A stretch of 64,000 nt of DNA. It comes from Octopus sinensis. Its lineage: Eukaryota. The stretch spans positions 76,756,001-76,820,000 of the forward strand of contig NC_043004.1 in assembly GCF_006345805.1 (NCBI RefSeq), in the 5' to 3' direction. The position numbers were made by a program, and so were the translations under genes. This document shows positions 48,616 to 61,360 of this stretch, in pieces. The notes under the pieces are model-generated. The model ran no database searches. It was given only the letters and a program-made list of their open reading frames with translations, and was not told the origin of the DNA. How positions within the stretch are numbered: the first letter of the stretch is position 1; each line of letters starts with the position of its first letter.

Positions 48616-51167
48616 CTGGAAACAGAGCATGATAATGAGTCACAAGATATGAACTACTGATGCTTCAGCTTGTAGCCTAGCACCCCATCAAATCAGCCAC
48701 CTATGACTCTCCTAATGGTTAAGTATGTGTGATCAACTTTTGTTTGTTTTGCTTTGTTGGTGATTATAATTGTTTTTGTTATATTTGGAATAAATAGAGA
48801 AATTTTTTTTTTACATATACAAAAGTGAAATCTTTTTGCATATGAATTTAAATCTTTAATCACACAGATTCAACATTATTTTCTATGATTGAGTAATATG
48901 GCTAATATTAATTGGTAGGTTAGCTAGTTTGTTGAAAAAAATATTTAATTATATGTAAAAAGCAATAAAATAATTTCTTTTATTAAGAATGAAGTTAAAA
49001 ACGAGAGGTTGGAATGTTTTTTAAAGTATTCAATGAGAAAACAATGGATTAAAAAATATGCAGTACTCAGAAAATTGCCCTAAACAACATAACCAAACAA
49101 TGTTTTTCTTCCTCCTTGTCATTGAAATATTACAAAGCCAAATGAAGAATTGCAGAAAATGTTTGAAACTTTGATGAAACTCTAGTATTGAAATTTTTAA
49201 CATTGGAAAAATTTAAAGTATTATTCCATAGAAGAGAATAGAACATCCAGTATCATCCAGAAATAATTTTGATTTATAATTTCTACCTTCACAGCAGACA
49301 TAAGATACTCAATAAAGAAGAGATATCAAGCTGATTGAAAAATATAAATATAATATTGAAAATTATTTCATGTCTAAAGAGAAGGTTAATAGTCAAAACA
49401 ATTAAAATTTTATTCAGAACAATTCTTCTCAGATGTTTAGATATCTAATATTTCAAGCTTCAGCAAAAGTTTTGAAATGTTGTAACTGTTTTCTTGTGGA
49501 AAGATAAAAAAAAAAACATGTATACATACAAACTTTTGATGAAAGAATGGCAAATAATGCCTCACTATAATAATTTCATCAAGAAATATGATAATTTAAA
49601 ATTAAAGTAAAATATAACCAAACCATAATGATTATTATCTTTTAGAAAATTCTACTGTTGCAGGTACATCATAGGAAGTAGCAATATTCAGATTTTAATA
49701 TCTTTGAGATAGGAATGGAAAGGTAAAGTATTTAATAACTTGCCACTGAGTTTAATATCGATTCAGAAAAATGTGGGCCAAAAATGGTATTACCAGAACT
49801 GAAATATTAGAATCAATACAGATTAATAAAAGAAAAAAGAAATTTAAAGTTAAAAAATTGCCATTATATTTAGAAAATACAACATAAAATTCTGATAATA
49901 ATGCTAAAGTGAAAAGACTGATCTGCTTTGAAATAGTGTTTGAAAACAATGACTTTTTAAATGATGGAAATATCTAAAACAATTTTCATCCCTATTTCTA
50001 TCACAACCATCTAACGGTCAATAAATTTTCATTTGTAGAGTATAATTCTTTTAAATTCATTTTCAGTTAAAAATCAAACATTTTTTGTTTCATATCATTT
50101 TTGGTTGCCATCGATTTACAAAAGCAAGACAACTACAGAAATAAAAATCATATAAAAAGAAGTTTCTTTATAAATTTCTACATTTCTACATCAACGTATT
50201 ACAGATGTCAAAAGAAGCAGTTCAACCATTGAGGAAGCTCTATGTGGTTGCTAATCCTACTAGAAATAGCAGACAAATCACATTCTAAGAAAAAAGAAAA
50301 AAAATGACACATTAAAGAATCTACATTTTTTAATGTGTCCTTTTTTTGTGTTATTTGTAAGTATAACAATCTGTGTTAAACTTACTGACTGAAAGATAAA
50401 GACATGAGTGGTGTGAACGTCATACCTGAAACACCCTTGATTATAAGTCTACTGGATCAGGACTGAGATGGGAGCTAAACAACAACAACCCAAATGATAT
50501 TTTGTCATCACAGATAATATTTTACTCTCTTTGTACTGATTAATGAACTCATTTTTGCGACACAAAAAGAAATACGTTTTTCACCTCACATAAGACAAAT
50601 TTAACAAAATAAAGCTTGATATTTTTCAAAATATTTAACCCCACATTTGTGTCAATTTCCTTTTCAGAAATTTTGTTTAAGATAAGCCTTAGAATGATCT
50701 GTTAACTGAAGTCTTCCCTTTAATCTTTTACATAGAACTTTATTTCATAATGAACCTCATATATTATGTTGATAGAACAAGTTTATATTTTTATTGCTAG
50801 TTATTTCTCCTTAAGTAGTTTCAAAAACCCTAGAGATGGCATTCAGTATCGAATTTGTCTGTTATATAAGAATTTGTTATAAGAGATATAGGTAATCAGA
50901 AATTTATAGGGCTACTAGCATGGCAAAGTATATCACATCCTATCATTTGGGTAGAACAGAATGCCAGTATAAATCTGAATCAGATAACACATTAAACTTT
51001 TGGATGTTCTATAAGTGTCCCAAGTGTTTTATCAAAGTATAACAGAAATAACCTGAATCAGATATTACAACAGTTATTCCAATCATCTTTAAAACTCTTG
51101 TAATTTTAATATGATTCTAAATAAAAGATTAAATTTTAAAAAATTAGCTAGACATGGCTATAGGTGC

Positions 51168-51250
51168 AGATATGGCTCATAGGCACAAGCATGGCCAGGC
51201 AGTTAAGAAGCTTGCTTTGCAACAGTATCGTTTTGTGTACAGCCCTATTG
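51168..51250 (+). mobile_element. Family A SINE head (duplicated 5' start)
   Basis: TATAGGTGCAGATATGGCT-CATAGGCACAAGCATGGCCAGGCAGTTAAGAAGCTTGCTT. Confidence 0.55.
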
Positions 51251-51999
51251 AGCACAATAATGTCCATATTCCATGCTAGTTTGATGGGATCCAATGGACC
51301 CAAGGACCACATCATGCTCCAGTGTCCATTTGTCACAGTTTCTATAACTGGATGTCTTTCTTGATGTCCACCACTTTACAGCATGCACTGAGTGCTTTTT
51401 TTCATGCGACCAACACCAGTGAGATCGCCATGCAGCTTGCAAGATCATGAGCCCAGTGAATGGGAGGGAACTTTATGTTAGGAGAATAAGTAGTAGAAAA
51501 GGGTAAACTATAAGAGAAAAAGGCCAAAGCAAAATAGGTTTCTTACTGAAGAGGATTCACATGTGTAGTCACATGTGTAGTCACATTTTATAAAGAGGTT
51601 TGAAAGTGGAGTTGGAAAGGGATTTAAATGATGATGAAGTGCCAGAGTAGATTTTTAAGGTACAAGGTGAGTAGGACTGAGTGGAGCAGAGGTGCCAGGA
51701 GTGAGTGAAGTAGAGGATACCTGATAGTGCAAAGCACCAGAATAGAAATGATGATACAGAAAACAAGACGGTGAAAGAGAGATGACATGCCATTTGTTAC
51801 AAAAAATATATAAAAAACTAAAAGCATATAATAGTTAAGTTAGTATTAACATATTTAATCCAAGAAGTCTTAAAAAAGTTAACTAGAAGCAATTATGCAG
51901 TGAGAAAAAAATATTATTTATCAATGACAAACATTATTTTATTTATTTCAGTAAGTATAGGAAACAGCACTGAACATATTAAAGTCTTATTATGATCTC

Positions 52000-52128
52000 T
52001 TCTACTCTAGGCACAAGGCCCAAAATTTAGGGGAGGGAATCAGTCAATTAGATCAACCCCAGTATGCAACTGGTACATAATTTATCAACCCCGAAAGGAT
52101 GAAAGGCAAAGTCGACCTTGGCAGAATC
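52000..52128 (-). mobile_element. Core-domain SINE, family B (3' part)
   Basis: CTGGTACATAATTTATCAACCCCGAAAGGATGAAAGGCAAAGTCGACCTTGGCAGAAT. Confidence 0.75.
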
Positions 52129-52459
52129 TTATTATAATCTCATCAGAAAAAAGTGGCTTCCAGTATTCTTGCTAAAGTACTGCCCCCCCCCCCAAAAAAA
52201 AAGTGACCACTTAGCTTGTTAATGGTCACTACATTAGCTATAGCATATAACATGGGTTTCATTTAATAAAAAATAGGGTATGGTGTAAATAATTTCATAA
52301 CAGTACTAGTATTCTATGTTAAAAGCTGGTACACAAAGAAGCAGTAATTTTTTTTTTTTGTAAATATTGCATCTAGCATAATTAGCTAAATCTGTTATTA
52401 TTCTAGACTTCACTCCACCATGCCCCCAACACACACACACAAATATATTCTTAGTTCAT

Positions 52460-52690
52460 AAGGTGATGAGCTGGCAGAAACGTTAGCACACTGGGTGAAA
52501 TGCATACCGGTATTTCATCTGCTGCTACGTTCTGAGTTCAAATTCCACCAAGGTCAACTTTACCGTTAATCCTTTTGGGGTCAATTAAATAAGTACCAGT
52601 TACGCACTGGGGTCGATATAACTGACTTAATCCGTTTGTCTGTTCTTGTTTGTCCCCTCTGTGTGTAGCCCCTTGTGGGCGGTAGAGAAA
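52460..52690 (+). mobile_element. Full-length core-domain tRNA-SINE, family B
   Basis: GAGCTGGCAGAAACGTTAGCAC (A box), GAGTTCAAATTCC (B box), GGGGTCAATTAAATAAGTACCAGTTACGCACTGGGGTCGAT core, AGAAATAA end. Confidence 0.8.
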
Positions 52691-53574
52691 TAACAAATAT
52701 ATTCTTAGTTCAAATTCAATACTTATTTTTATGATGTTACATACAGTGAGTGCAAAAAAACAATATTACAAGACATTTAGTTAATTGACAAATAAGTGAA
52801 ATCATGATATACTGTTTTGTCAAAGTTTATCCTCAACAAGAGATTATAAATGAGAGAAAAGAGCCAACTCCTGGATGTATCAACCAAGTACCACCGGTTG
52901 AGATCAATAATGGGATAAGAAAATTATTAAGTGTATGAAGCAGGTAAAATTTAAAGACTTTCAGCGACAGTCATTAAGATATTGAAATACTCTGAAAGGA
53001 CTCGATACAAATATAAATGACTTAGCTAAGATTGTTATTTAGTCAAAGGTCAGCTGTAATCTTAACCGAAGATATTCTGACCATGACCATCCCATAATTT
53101 TTTTAGGCATTACGTACTCAGACTAAATTATCCAACCTTTTCTATTTCAGGATTGTAAGGTGTGATTTCAGGGAGATTTGACTGATTTTTCTAGCAGATC
53201 AAGCTTCAAAGCAAAGGCTTCGTCATTGGCTCATGCAAATACAAGTGTACATGAGAATATCATCTACAATGTCGGCTACAACAATGATACACAAGAGAGA
53301 GGACATTACAATTGACCAAGTAATGAAAGTAGAAAATGTTATAACAGTGTTAATTGAAGGTATAAAATACTACAAATCACTAAACATACTTCAATATCCT
53401 AGAAATTCCTTTGTCCATGATTTTCTTATCAAATACACTTTGAAGAAATTGAGAGGAGAATTGTTTCCATCAATCTATCTAATAAAGCTATTAACTAATG
53501 TACTATCTTAATTTATATCATCTTTGTTTTATCAAATGCTTAACCTTACCAAAAATGCTCTTACCAGTCACAGT

Positions 53575-53663
53575 GGCGGCATCATCATCATCAACAACAC
53601 CACCACCAACACCACCACCACTACCACCACCACCATCACCATCATCATCATCATCACCATCAC

Positions 53664-53694
<31 letters not shown>

Positions 53695-53700
53695 TTCATT
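53575..53700. repeat. Compound (CAT)/(CAC)/(CAA) trinucleotide microsatellite
   Basis: Directly visible; source of the low-complexity ORFs 53498-53707 and 53524-53718. Confidence 0.95.
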
Positions 53701-56066
53701 GGTTTAATAACCAAGTAAATAAGCACTATTGACTAATCCTGTTCACATCCTCAGATCTGTAAACAATTCTACACAATGGCCTCTTCCTTTTTGTCCAGAT
53801 TTAACCTCAGCCATTGTATAGCAAAGTTAGCTCCTTATGTCAGTTTATTTAAATACTATAAATATGATAGATTATATGAGTCTATGAACTTGCAAAAGAG
53901 AGCCATACAATTAATTTATGAAAATGTACCAATAGACTGAAATGTCTCTATATTGTTTCATACTACTTTAAAAAAAAAAAAATTAAAGAAAAGAAATGTA
54001 AAAGAACTATATGCTATTATTACTAATGAAGACTTTTGCAAAATTATCTTACAAATATCCTCAGCATTCGTATAAATGATATATAAAATGATTTTTAAAA
54101 ATACTTTAGAAATATAAACAGATACAAGACAAGATTAAAGTATCACTGATATCATGAGAAAAAATGTATTTTGCTATTTAGTTTTGAATTATTTTTGTGG
54201 CTTCTATTTTATCAAATTACATCACTTGAAAGAGAATAATTTCAATGGTTCTTCTTTCTATCACTCTTTGATTCTAAAGATATTTATCCTATTTCATCAA
54301 ATATAAAATTTTTACTCTTTGATTCATGCACATTGAGCTAAGTCTGCTAAAGCTAGACATCAGTTCATTATTTCACAAAGCACCACATCTGAATATATTG
54401 ATTTTATCATTATTTTGCTTTATTTTCCAAATCTAAACTATTCGTGAAAAATTACCACTGCAGAAAATTTCTTTTTCACTTTAAGTATGTTGAATTAAGT
54501 AAGATATAATCTATGAAAAGGCAGCAGTTTGAATAGTCAGGTAAGTATAATTCAACTACACATGAACATAATTAAGTCTGCTAGGAAATTCAGTTTGATA
54601 AACATACCCAAAATGTTATAAACTGAAGATTAATGGTTAGATATAAATATAAAGGAAGCTCACAATAATATCCAACCAATCTAGTATTTAGACCGACTTT
54701 TAAGTCTTTCAAATTTGGTCATTGTTTCAATCAAATATAAGATTTTATTTAAATAAATGTCATCTAAGAAATAGTTTAAATCTATAACCTCTTACAGTAA
54801 GTATGTTATCACTTATGGATTATAGAGAAGATAAAATATTTGAATTACTAATCCAAAGTCTTTGTATATACAATATTCTAGCTGAAGATGACAGTTGATT
54901 TAACAATGAAAATTTCAATAGGTTAAGTAAATATAAATCTACTTCAATTCACAAGACTGAAAAAAAAAAAATCAAACTATACAAGCATACTTATATTGAT
55001 GAAGTTATTTCTATGAATTCACTTGAAAAAAACTTGTGTCCCACTTTCTTCAAATGAATTTATCTTTCATAATAATAATCAACTGGACACTACAATTTTC
55101 AGTACAAAACTAAGTCTTTTTTTTTTAATTCAACTGTTTATAAGTATCATTAATTGTAGCCCACAGTGATGGAAAGGTGAACATACTCTTAATTTTTAAT
55201 GTAAATAGAATTCTTAATAAGTCTTATAAATTGAAAAATCAGAAATGGTTACTTATTTGTTAAGCTATGAAGAGAAAAAAACGAACCCAGCAGAAATGCA
55301 ATTATATTGTACAACATGACCAATATTGTTATACTGCAGATATCATAATGGGACTAACATTATGCTTATCATTTCAAATGCTCCCAACTGGGCCCTGCAG
55401 CTAAAGTTGACCAACATTTATGAAACTTTAGCATTTTAAAACTTAAAAATTATTTCAAGGATTAATTATGATAAAATAAATCGTACATTTATGAGCGGTC
55501 TTTGGCAGCATAACTGAGCAGCACAATATGTTGTAGGCAGATTATCATTTGAGTTTTACACTAAATCTGTAATGTTAAAGGGATAGAAATTTATGAAATC
55601 TGGATATACATTTTCATAGAATAGTCTATTTTTGATAAATTGACTTAATGTAAACAAGTTTGAATTCAAGAAGTCAAAATCAAATTAATTATAGCGGTAA
55701 TGTACAAATTTAATATCTCACAAACTGTCACTTCCAAAAGTAATGTTTTTAGCTATATTTTCTGAGTAAGTAGTGATGACATATTTTAATTTAACTATGA
55801 AAACAGTCTAGACAATCTATCTGTTTTGCACAATTAGTGGGTACGAGGAAACACAGTGTCTGTTTTATCAAGTAAGTTGCAAACTAATCATTCATTATCG
55901 AGATTTCTGTATGTACTGCCATTGCAAAATTTTAGTCTGGAGTATATTTTTCACAAAATCAAATATGTTATTGATCAGTTAGTCACCACTAGGACAACAA
56001 TAAGCAATGTGTTAAACCAAAAGAATATACATAGATTTCTTCTTTTGTTAATTTTTTATGAGCATA

Positions 56067-56098
<32 letters not shown>

Positions 56099-56773
56099 TA
56101 TCATTATTATTATTATGTCATTTTTTTATATATACTTTCCCAAGCAGGGTGTGTATTAAATAAGACTTTTGTGAAGGTGTTTTACGGCTGGATGCCCTTT
56201 CACAGCTTTTAGTCACTCGTTTTCGTTGCCCTAAATAATACTGAAGGAAAAATAGTATCTATTCTAAAAGCTGGAAAACACAGTGTGTGTGTGTGTGTGT
56301 GTTGTTCATGTGAGTTTGTGTGTGCATGTGTGAGTGTGTATGTGTGTGAGTATCTATTCTAAAAACTGGAAAACACACAGTGTGTGTGAGTATGTATGTG
56401 TGTATGTGTTGTTCATGTGAGTCTATGTGTGCATGTATGAGTATGTATGTATGTGTAGGTACAAGCATCGCTGCATAATTAAGAAGTTCACTTTGCAACC
56501 AAGGAGAATTAGGTTGGCCAATGCCTAATGAGAGGAATTTGGTAGATAGAATACAGAAGACCAACACACACACACACACATACACACACACATGCACGCG
56601 CACGCATGCACATGCACACACACAGCTATATGCATGTGTTCATGTGTTTGCATATACATCATCACCATCATTTAACCATTCATGTTTCATGCTGGTACAG
56701 GTTGGGCCATTGTAAAAACAGTGTTGAGTTACATCCCCTTACATTAATAAGTTAAATTAGTCATTCAATAAAT

Positions 56774-57409
56774 CACCATCATCATCATCATTTAACATCT
56801 GTTTTCCATGCTGACATTTTGACTGGAGCTGGTAATTCCAGGGCTGATGGCAGACTCCATTGTCTGGTCTGGCATGGTTCCTACACTGGATGCCCTTCCT
56901 AATGCCCACCACTCCATAGAGTGTACTGGGTGCTTTTAATGTGGCACCACCACAAGTGCTTTTTACATGGCACCAGCATTAGTATCAATTCTGCTTGAGT
57001 ACAGCAGTGCACCAGATATCTCAGTCATTACTCATCTCCTTCATAAGGTTCAATGTCTTGAGATCAGCCCTCAATGCTTCATCCCATGTGTTCTTGGGTC
57101 TCCCTCTCCCACAAGTTCTGTTGCCTTTAAGTGATCAGCACTTCTGTATACAACTGTTTTACATCCATATACATCACATAACTAAACCACATGTAGTCTT
57201 CTCTCTTGCACACTACTTCTAATTCATCTCATAATTCCCTCATAACACTAATGCTCTGTCACACATGTACACTGACATTGCACATTCAGCAGAGCATACT
57301 AGTTTCATTCCTCTCTAGCAGCTTTTGCATGTTTTCTGCATTCAGAGCCCATGTCTCATAACCATGTAGTTTGTTGTTCGTATACATGCATCATACAATC
57401 TTCCTTGCG

Positions 57410-57444
<35 letters not shown>

Positions 57445-58100
57445 TTGGTTGCCAACAGAGGCAAAAGCTCTCTGAATTTTCTCCATCCAATCTTATTCTA
57501 GTGATTACACTTTCAGAGCATCCTCTCCCATACCTAATTAGGTCCCCTAGGTAGAATAAATTATCTACTGCTGCAAAAGAGCCTCTGGAGCATTTGATAC
57601 AATCGATTTCCTGAGTATTTGTAGTTTTTATGGCTCTTGTGCATCTTCCAAATACAAACACCACCTTCTCTGTTAACCTCCTATTATTTCACTGCACCTC
57701 TTCTGTGTCCATAGCTTGCACTGAGTATATCATATAGAATTCCTACCAACACCTTTTCTACAGTTGGGCCATTTGCCTGATGAGGAAAGACTCCTATACA
57801 TTTTCTGGCTTACTTAGAACCTTAATCTATACTAAGTTAACAATTAGGCCCTTTGATTCTAGGTTTTGCTTCCACATCTGGATTTTTTTTCTAGTTTTGT
57901 AACAGAATCTGCTACAAGAGCAACCAGTTTGGAATTCCTAAATTTATGGCCTGGAGGACAATGATGAATAGGAGGGGACTGAGAACCGAACCCTGATGAA
58001 TGCCTACCTATATACAAGATTCATCACTATAGTCACTGACAGCACCTCTGTACATGGCTTGTACAGCTTTCACAAGCCACTCATTTACCCCTAACTAATT
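56774..58100 (-). mobile_element. 5'-truncated RTE LINE: RT C-terminal half, Cys-rich insert, C-terminus, 3'-UTR and (GAT)n tail
   Basis: KLGVNEWLVKAVQAMYRG, GIHQGSVLSPLLFIIVLQAI, MWKQNLESKGLIVNL, FGRCTRAIKT.NTQEID, FYLGDLIRYGRGCSESVITRIR, LHG.ETWALNAE, GRPKNTWDEALRADLKTLNL, then the shared tail. This copy shows that the abundant tail repeats are RTE 3' ends. Confidence 0.9.
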
Positions 58101-58712
58101 ATTTAAAAATAATTAGCTAAATAACTAATATTTTAGTAAAACTAGAAATCAGTTTAGCTGCAAATGACTTGAAAAAACCTCAAAGCAAAATAATATTTCC
58201 TATCAAAATATGTTGATATACCTTCTGCTTACCTATTTTCTAGCAAACAGTTTATCATATCAAGCTCGAATAAAATTATAGAAGTAGGTACATTTCTACA
58301 GGAGGTATCAGTAAAATAAAAGACATTGATTAGAATATCAACTTCACTTGATGAGTTTTGGGGGTCTATTTTCTTATAACATACACTTAAATTTATCAGA
58401 AAAATCTAAAGAGATTAGTGAACTCGTAAAAAATGGACATTATTAAATATAGAAGACATTTTGTCTACAGCCCTCCTAATTATGCTGTCTTCTGTCACTG
58501 CTCTTCTAAAAGTAATAAAGACAAGAATAGATCATATATGGAAACATTATCTTAAATATTAAAAAAAAAAGAAGACATTTTTGATTATAACCAGATTGAA
58601 TACATTACATAAGATACATAACTGTTAACCATGTCTTGAGTAGTATTCTAGTATGAAGTCATGAAGAATTTACTATTATTAATATGTTTTCTGTACAAAC
58701 TAAACTTAGATA

Positions 58713-58840
58713 TTGTGTCTGGGGAGAGTTATTCTCTTTTAGTGTCTTATTACTTAACACACTCACCGGTTGGATTTCCACTCATTTATTTATTTATATT
58801 TTCTAAAATTTTCGTTGTGTTTTGCAACCTCTTCAATAGT
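58713..58840. mobile_element. Solo copy of the Penelope pseudo-LTR-like segment seen at 26570-26690
   Basis: TTGTGTCTGGGGAGAGTTATTCTCTTTTAGTGTCTTATTACTTAACACACTCACCGGT...CTAAAATTTTCGTTG.GT.TTGCAAC. Confidence 0.7.
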
Positions 58841-58972
58841 CAAACTTTTTACCATTAATCTCTTGTAACATGCTATTATTAGAAACTAGTTTCTCAGTAA
58901 CAATTATTGTTACTTCAGACATCATTCTTATAAAATTTTCTGGTTAGTAAAATATATGCATGAAAACCAGTG

Positions 58973-59021
<49 letters not shown>

Positions 59022-59097
59022 TGTGTGTGTGTGTGTGTGCACATGCTTGTGTGTGTGTGTATGTGTGTGTGTGTGTGTGTGTATACATATATATAAA

Positions 59098-59560
59098 TGG
59101 GTACAGGCATGGTTGTGTAGTTAAGAGGCCTTGCTTCCCGACCATGCGGTCCTTATTTTAGTCCCACTGGACAAGAATCTTCTGCTATAGCCCAGGGTGG
59201 ACCAAAGCCTTAAGAGTGGATTTGGTACACAACAAAAACTGAAAGAAGCCCATCGTATATGTGTGTGTGTTTGTGTGCATGTGTGTGTGGGTGCATGCAT
59301 GTGTATGTGTGCCATCGTGTGTGTGTTCTTTATGTACTTTTGTCCTGACATTATGTGATAATTGTAAAAGAGCATCACTGTCATTCAAGTGATAATGTTT
59401 GTTCCCAGTCTTCCATGAAAATCATGTCTAGCCATGGGCAAATATGACCTTGCTTAGAAACAAGTGAGGATTGGTGACAGCAAGAGGAAATCTGCTTCAA
59501 CAAATTCCATCTAACCCATGCAGGTATGGAAAAGTGGATGTTAAATGATTATGATGAAGT
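59098..59560 (+). mobile_element. Family A SINE head, (GT)n, and a 3' half with RTE-derived tail
   Basis: GGTACAGGCATGGTTGTGTAGTTAAGAGG...CAAAGCCTTAAGAGTGGATTTGG...AACTGAAAGAAGCCC; ends GGATGTTAAATGATTATGATG. Confidence 0.8.
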
Positions 59561-59808
59561 TCATACCCATCAACCAATATAGTAGGCATCCAAAGGAGCC
59601 TCTTTGCAATCTCTTTAGTTCTTGCTTGTTGTTTTCTCTAACACAGCTCACTTAACAGTGGATTAGATGAAGAGAAAAAGAATGCTTCAAAGGGGGAGTA
59701 ATTATTATCTGGGAAATGTCAATAGTTTTATATCTAAATGATGCTGAAATGAAATCCTCTCACAATGAAGTCAAATTTTACAAGACAATGTTACATAACA
59801 TTTAAGCC

Positions 59809-60038
59809 TTAACCTTTTTGTTACCATATTTCTGATGATATACTCTGTGTTTCTTTCAATTAATTTTTAAAATAACAAAGAATTTAGTAAAATAACTTAG
59901 TTACCATTAAGCCAATGTTAATAACATAAATTGTAACTAAGGTTTGGTGGAAGATTTTTATTCAGAACTTTTGAAAGCAAGACATTTGTACTACAGAGCC
60001 AGGGGTGGTTTCGGGTGGGTTGATATCAAAAGGGTTAT
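59809..60038. mobile_element. piggyBac-like MITE, degenerate
   Basis: TTAA-CCTTTTTGTTACC...GATATCAAAAGGG-TTAT termini. Confidence 0.55.
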
Positions 60039-60264
60039 ATACTACTTTAACTTATCATTCCTTTACAATATGAAAAATCACCAGGATGGTATGGTAAAAT
60101 CTATTCCAGTGTATTAGCAGTAGGTTGCAGTGTAAAAGGGGCTGTAATTGACTCAAAAATGTGAAGACCTTTCTAGGTTCCCACAGTATAATTAAATAAA
60201 CTTTTGCTAGAAATGTAATATCCAACAAGAATCTTCAAAGGATACTTTTAAAACTTTCACTTCT

Positions 60265-60915
60265 ATCATCATTGCTTAGATGTCTACTTTTCCATGCTTG
60301 CATGAATTGGATGGAAGTCAACAAATAGATTTTCTACAGCCAGTTGCCCTTCCTGTTGCCAGCCCTCACCTATTTCCAAGAGAGGAACTACTTTTCCATA
60401 GTTAGACATGTTTCCACAGGATATTAGAAAAGACTGACAAAACTTGTGTAAAAGTGACACTCATTTACACCTACCACACAATGTCAAGATGGCAAAAAAA
60501 AAAAAACTCACTCACACACACACACACACCTATGTATGTTTGCAAGTTACTCAGTGATCAAACTGGTACTGGTGCCATATAAAATGCACCCAGTCCACTC
60601 TGTAAAGTGGTTGGTATTAGGAAGGGCATCCAGCTGTAAAAAGCTAGTTGGGCCCAGTACAGTTCTCTGGCTTGCCAGCTCCTGTCCAACTGACCAACCC
60701 ATGCCACAAAGGCAAGTGGACATTAAATGATGATGATGGTTTTCTTTCAGTTTCTGTCTACCAAATCCACTCACAAAGCTTTGGTTGGCCTGGGGCCATA
60801 GTAGAAGACACTTGCCCAAGGAGCTATGCAGTGGAATTGAAGCAAAAATCCATGTGGTTGAGAAGAAAACCTCTTAACAACACAGCCAGGCCTGTGCCTA
60901 TGTCATGCCTGCACT
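60265..60915. mobile_element. Minus-strand SINE (3' half 60265-60530, head 60740-60915) with a nested plus-strand RTE tail (60540-60737)
   Basis: All three parts match the corresponding repeats elsewhere in this window. Confidence 0.75.
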
Positions 60916-61304
60916 CATAGTTTTAAATTGATCACACAGCAGATTTCCTAATATTGTTCATTTGTTACAATAACTAAACTTTTTTTTTTCTCTTAATCAG
61001 GCAATTGTTATGAGAAATTTTAACAAAACAAATCAGCTGAAAAGCATTCTTGGAGACACTCACTTCCTAATTTCATTAGATACTGCATAAAGTAGCAAAT
61101 TATATTCTGCAAATTATAAATATTTATATATCTATGCAGAAACACACATACAAGTTTACTCTTAATTTGAATTTGCTTAGAAAATTGTATTCAAGTTTCA
61201 GAATATCAAGCTGATTATTTATCGAGATATAGTAAATAGATATACTATTGCAAAACAAAACTATAATTGCTAAAACACTATATATATATATATACATATA
61301 TCAC

Positions 61305-61305
61305 A

Positions 61306-61357
<52 letters not shown>
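61305..61357. repeat. (AAT)n microsatellite
   Basis: Directly visible. Confidence 0.95.

Positions 61358-61360
<3 letters not shown>

Noticed and set aside
49669-49722. Plus-strand segment bounded by TTGCAG and AAG|GTAAAG; shares an 18-mer with 30923-30940 on the opposite strand
   Set aside because: All three frames have stops, and a single short match in AT-rich DNA is not informative.
57775-58000. Other CTGATGA words (2846, 15676, 21191, 57778, 57994, 59834) as hammerhead cores
   Set aside because: None has a stem II followed by GAAA and an NUH site with a matching stem I; three lie inside RTE coding sequence.
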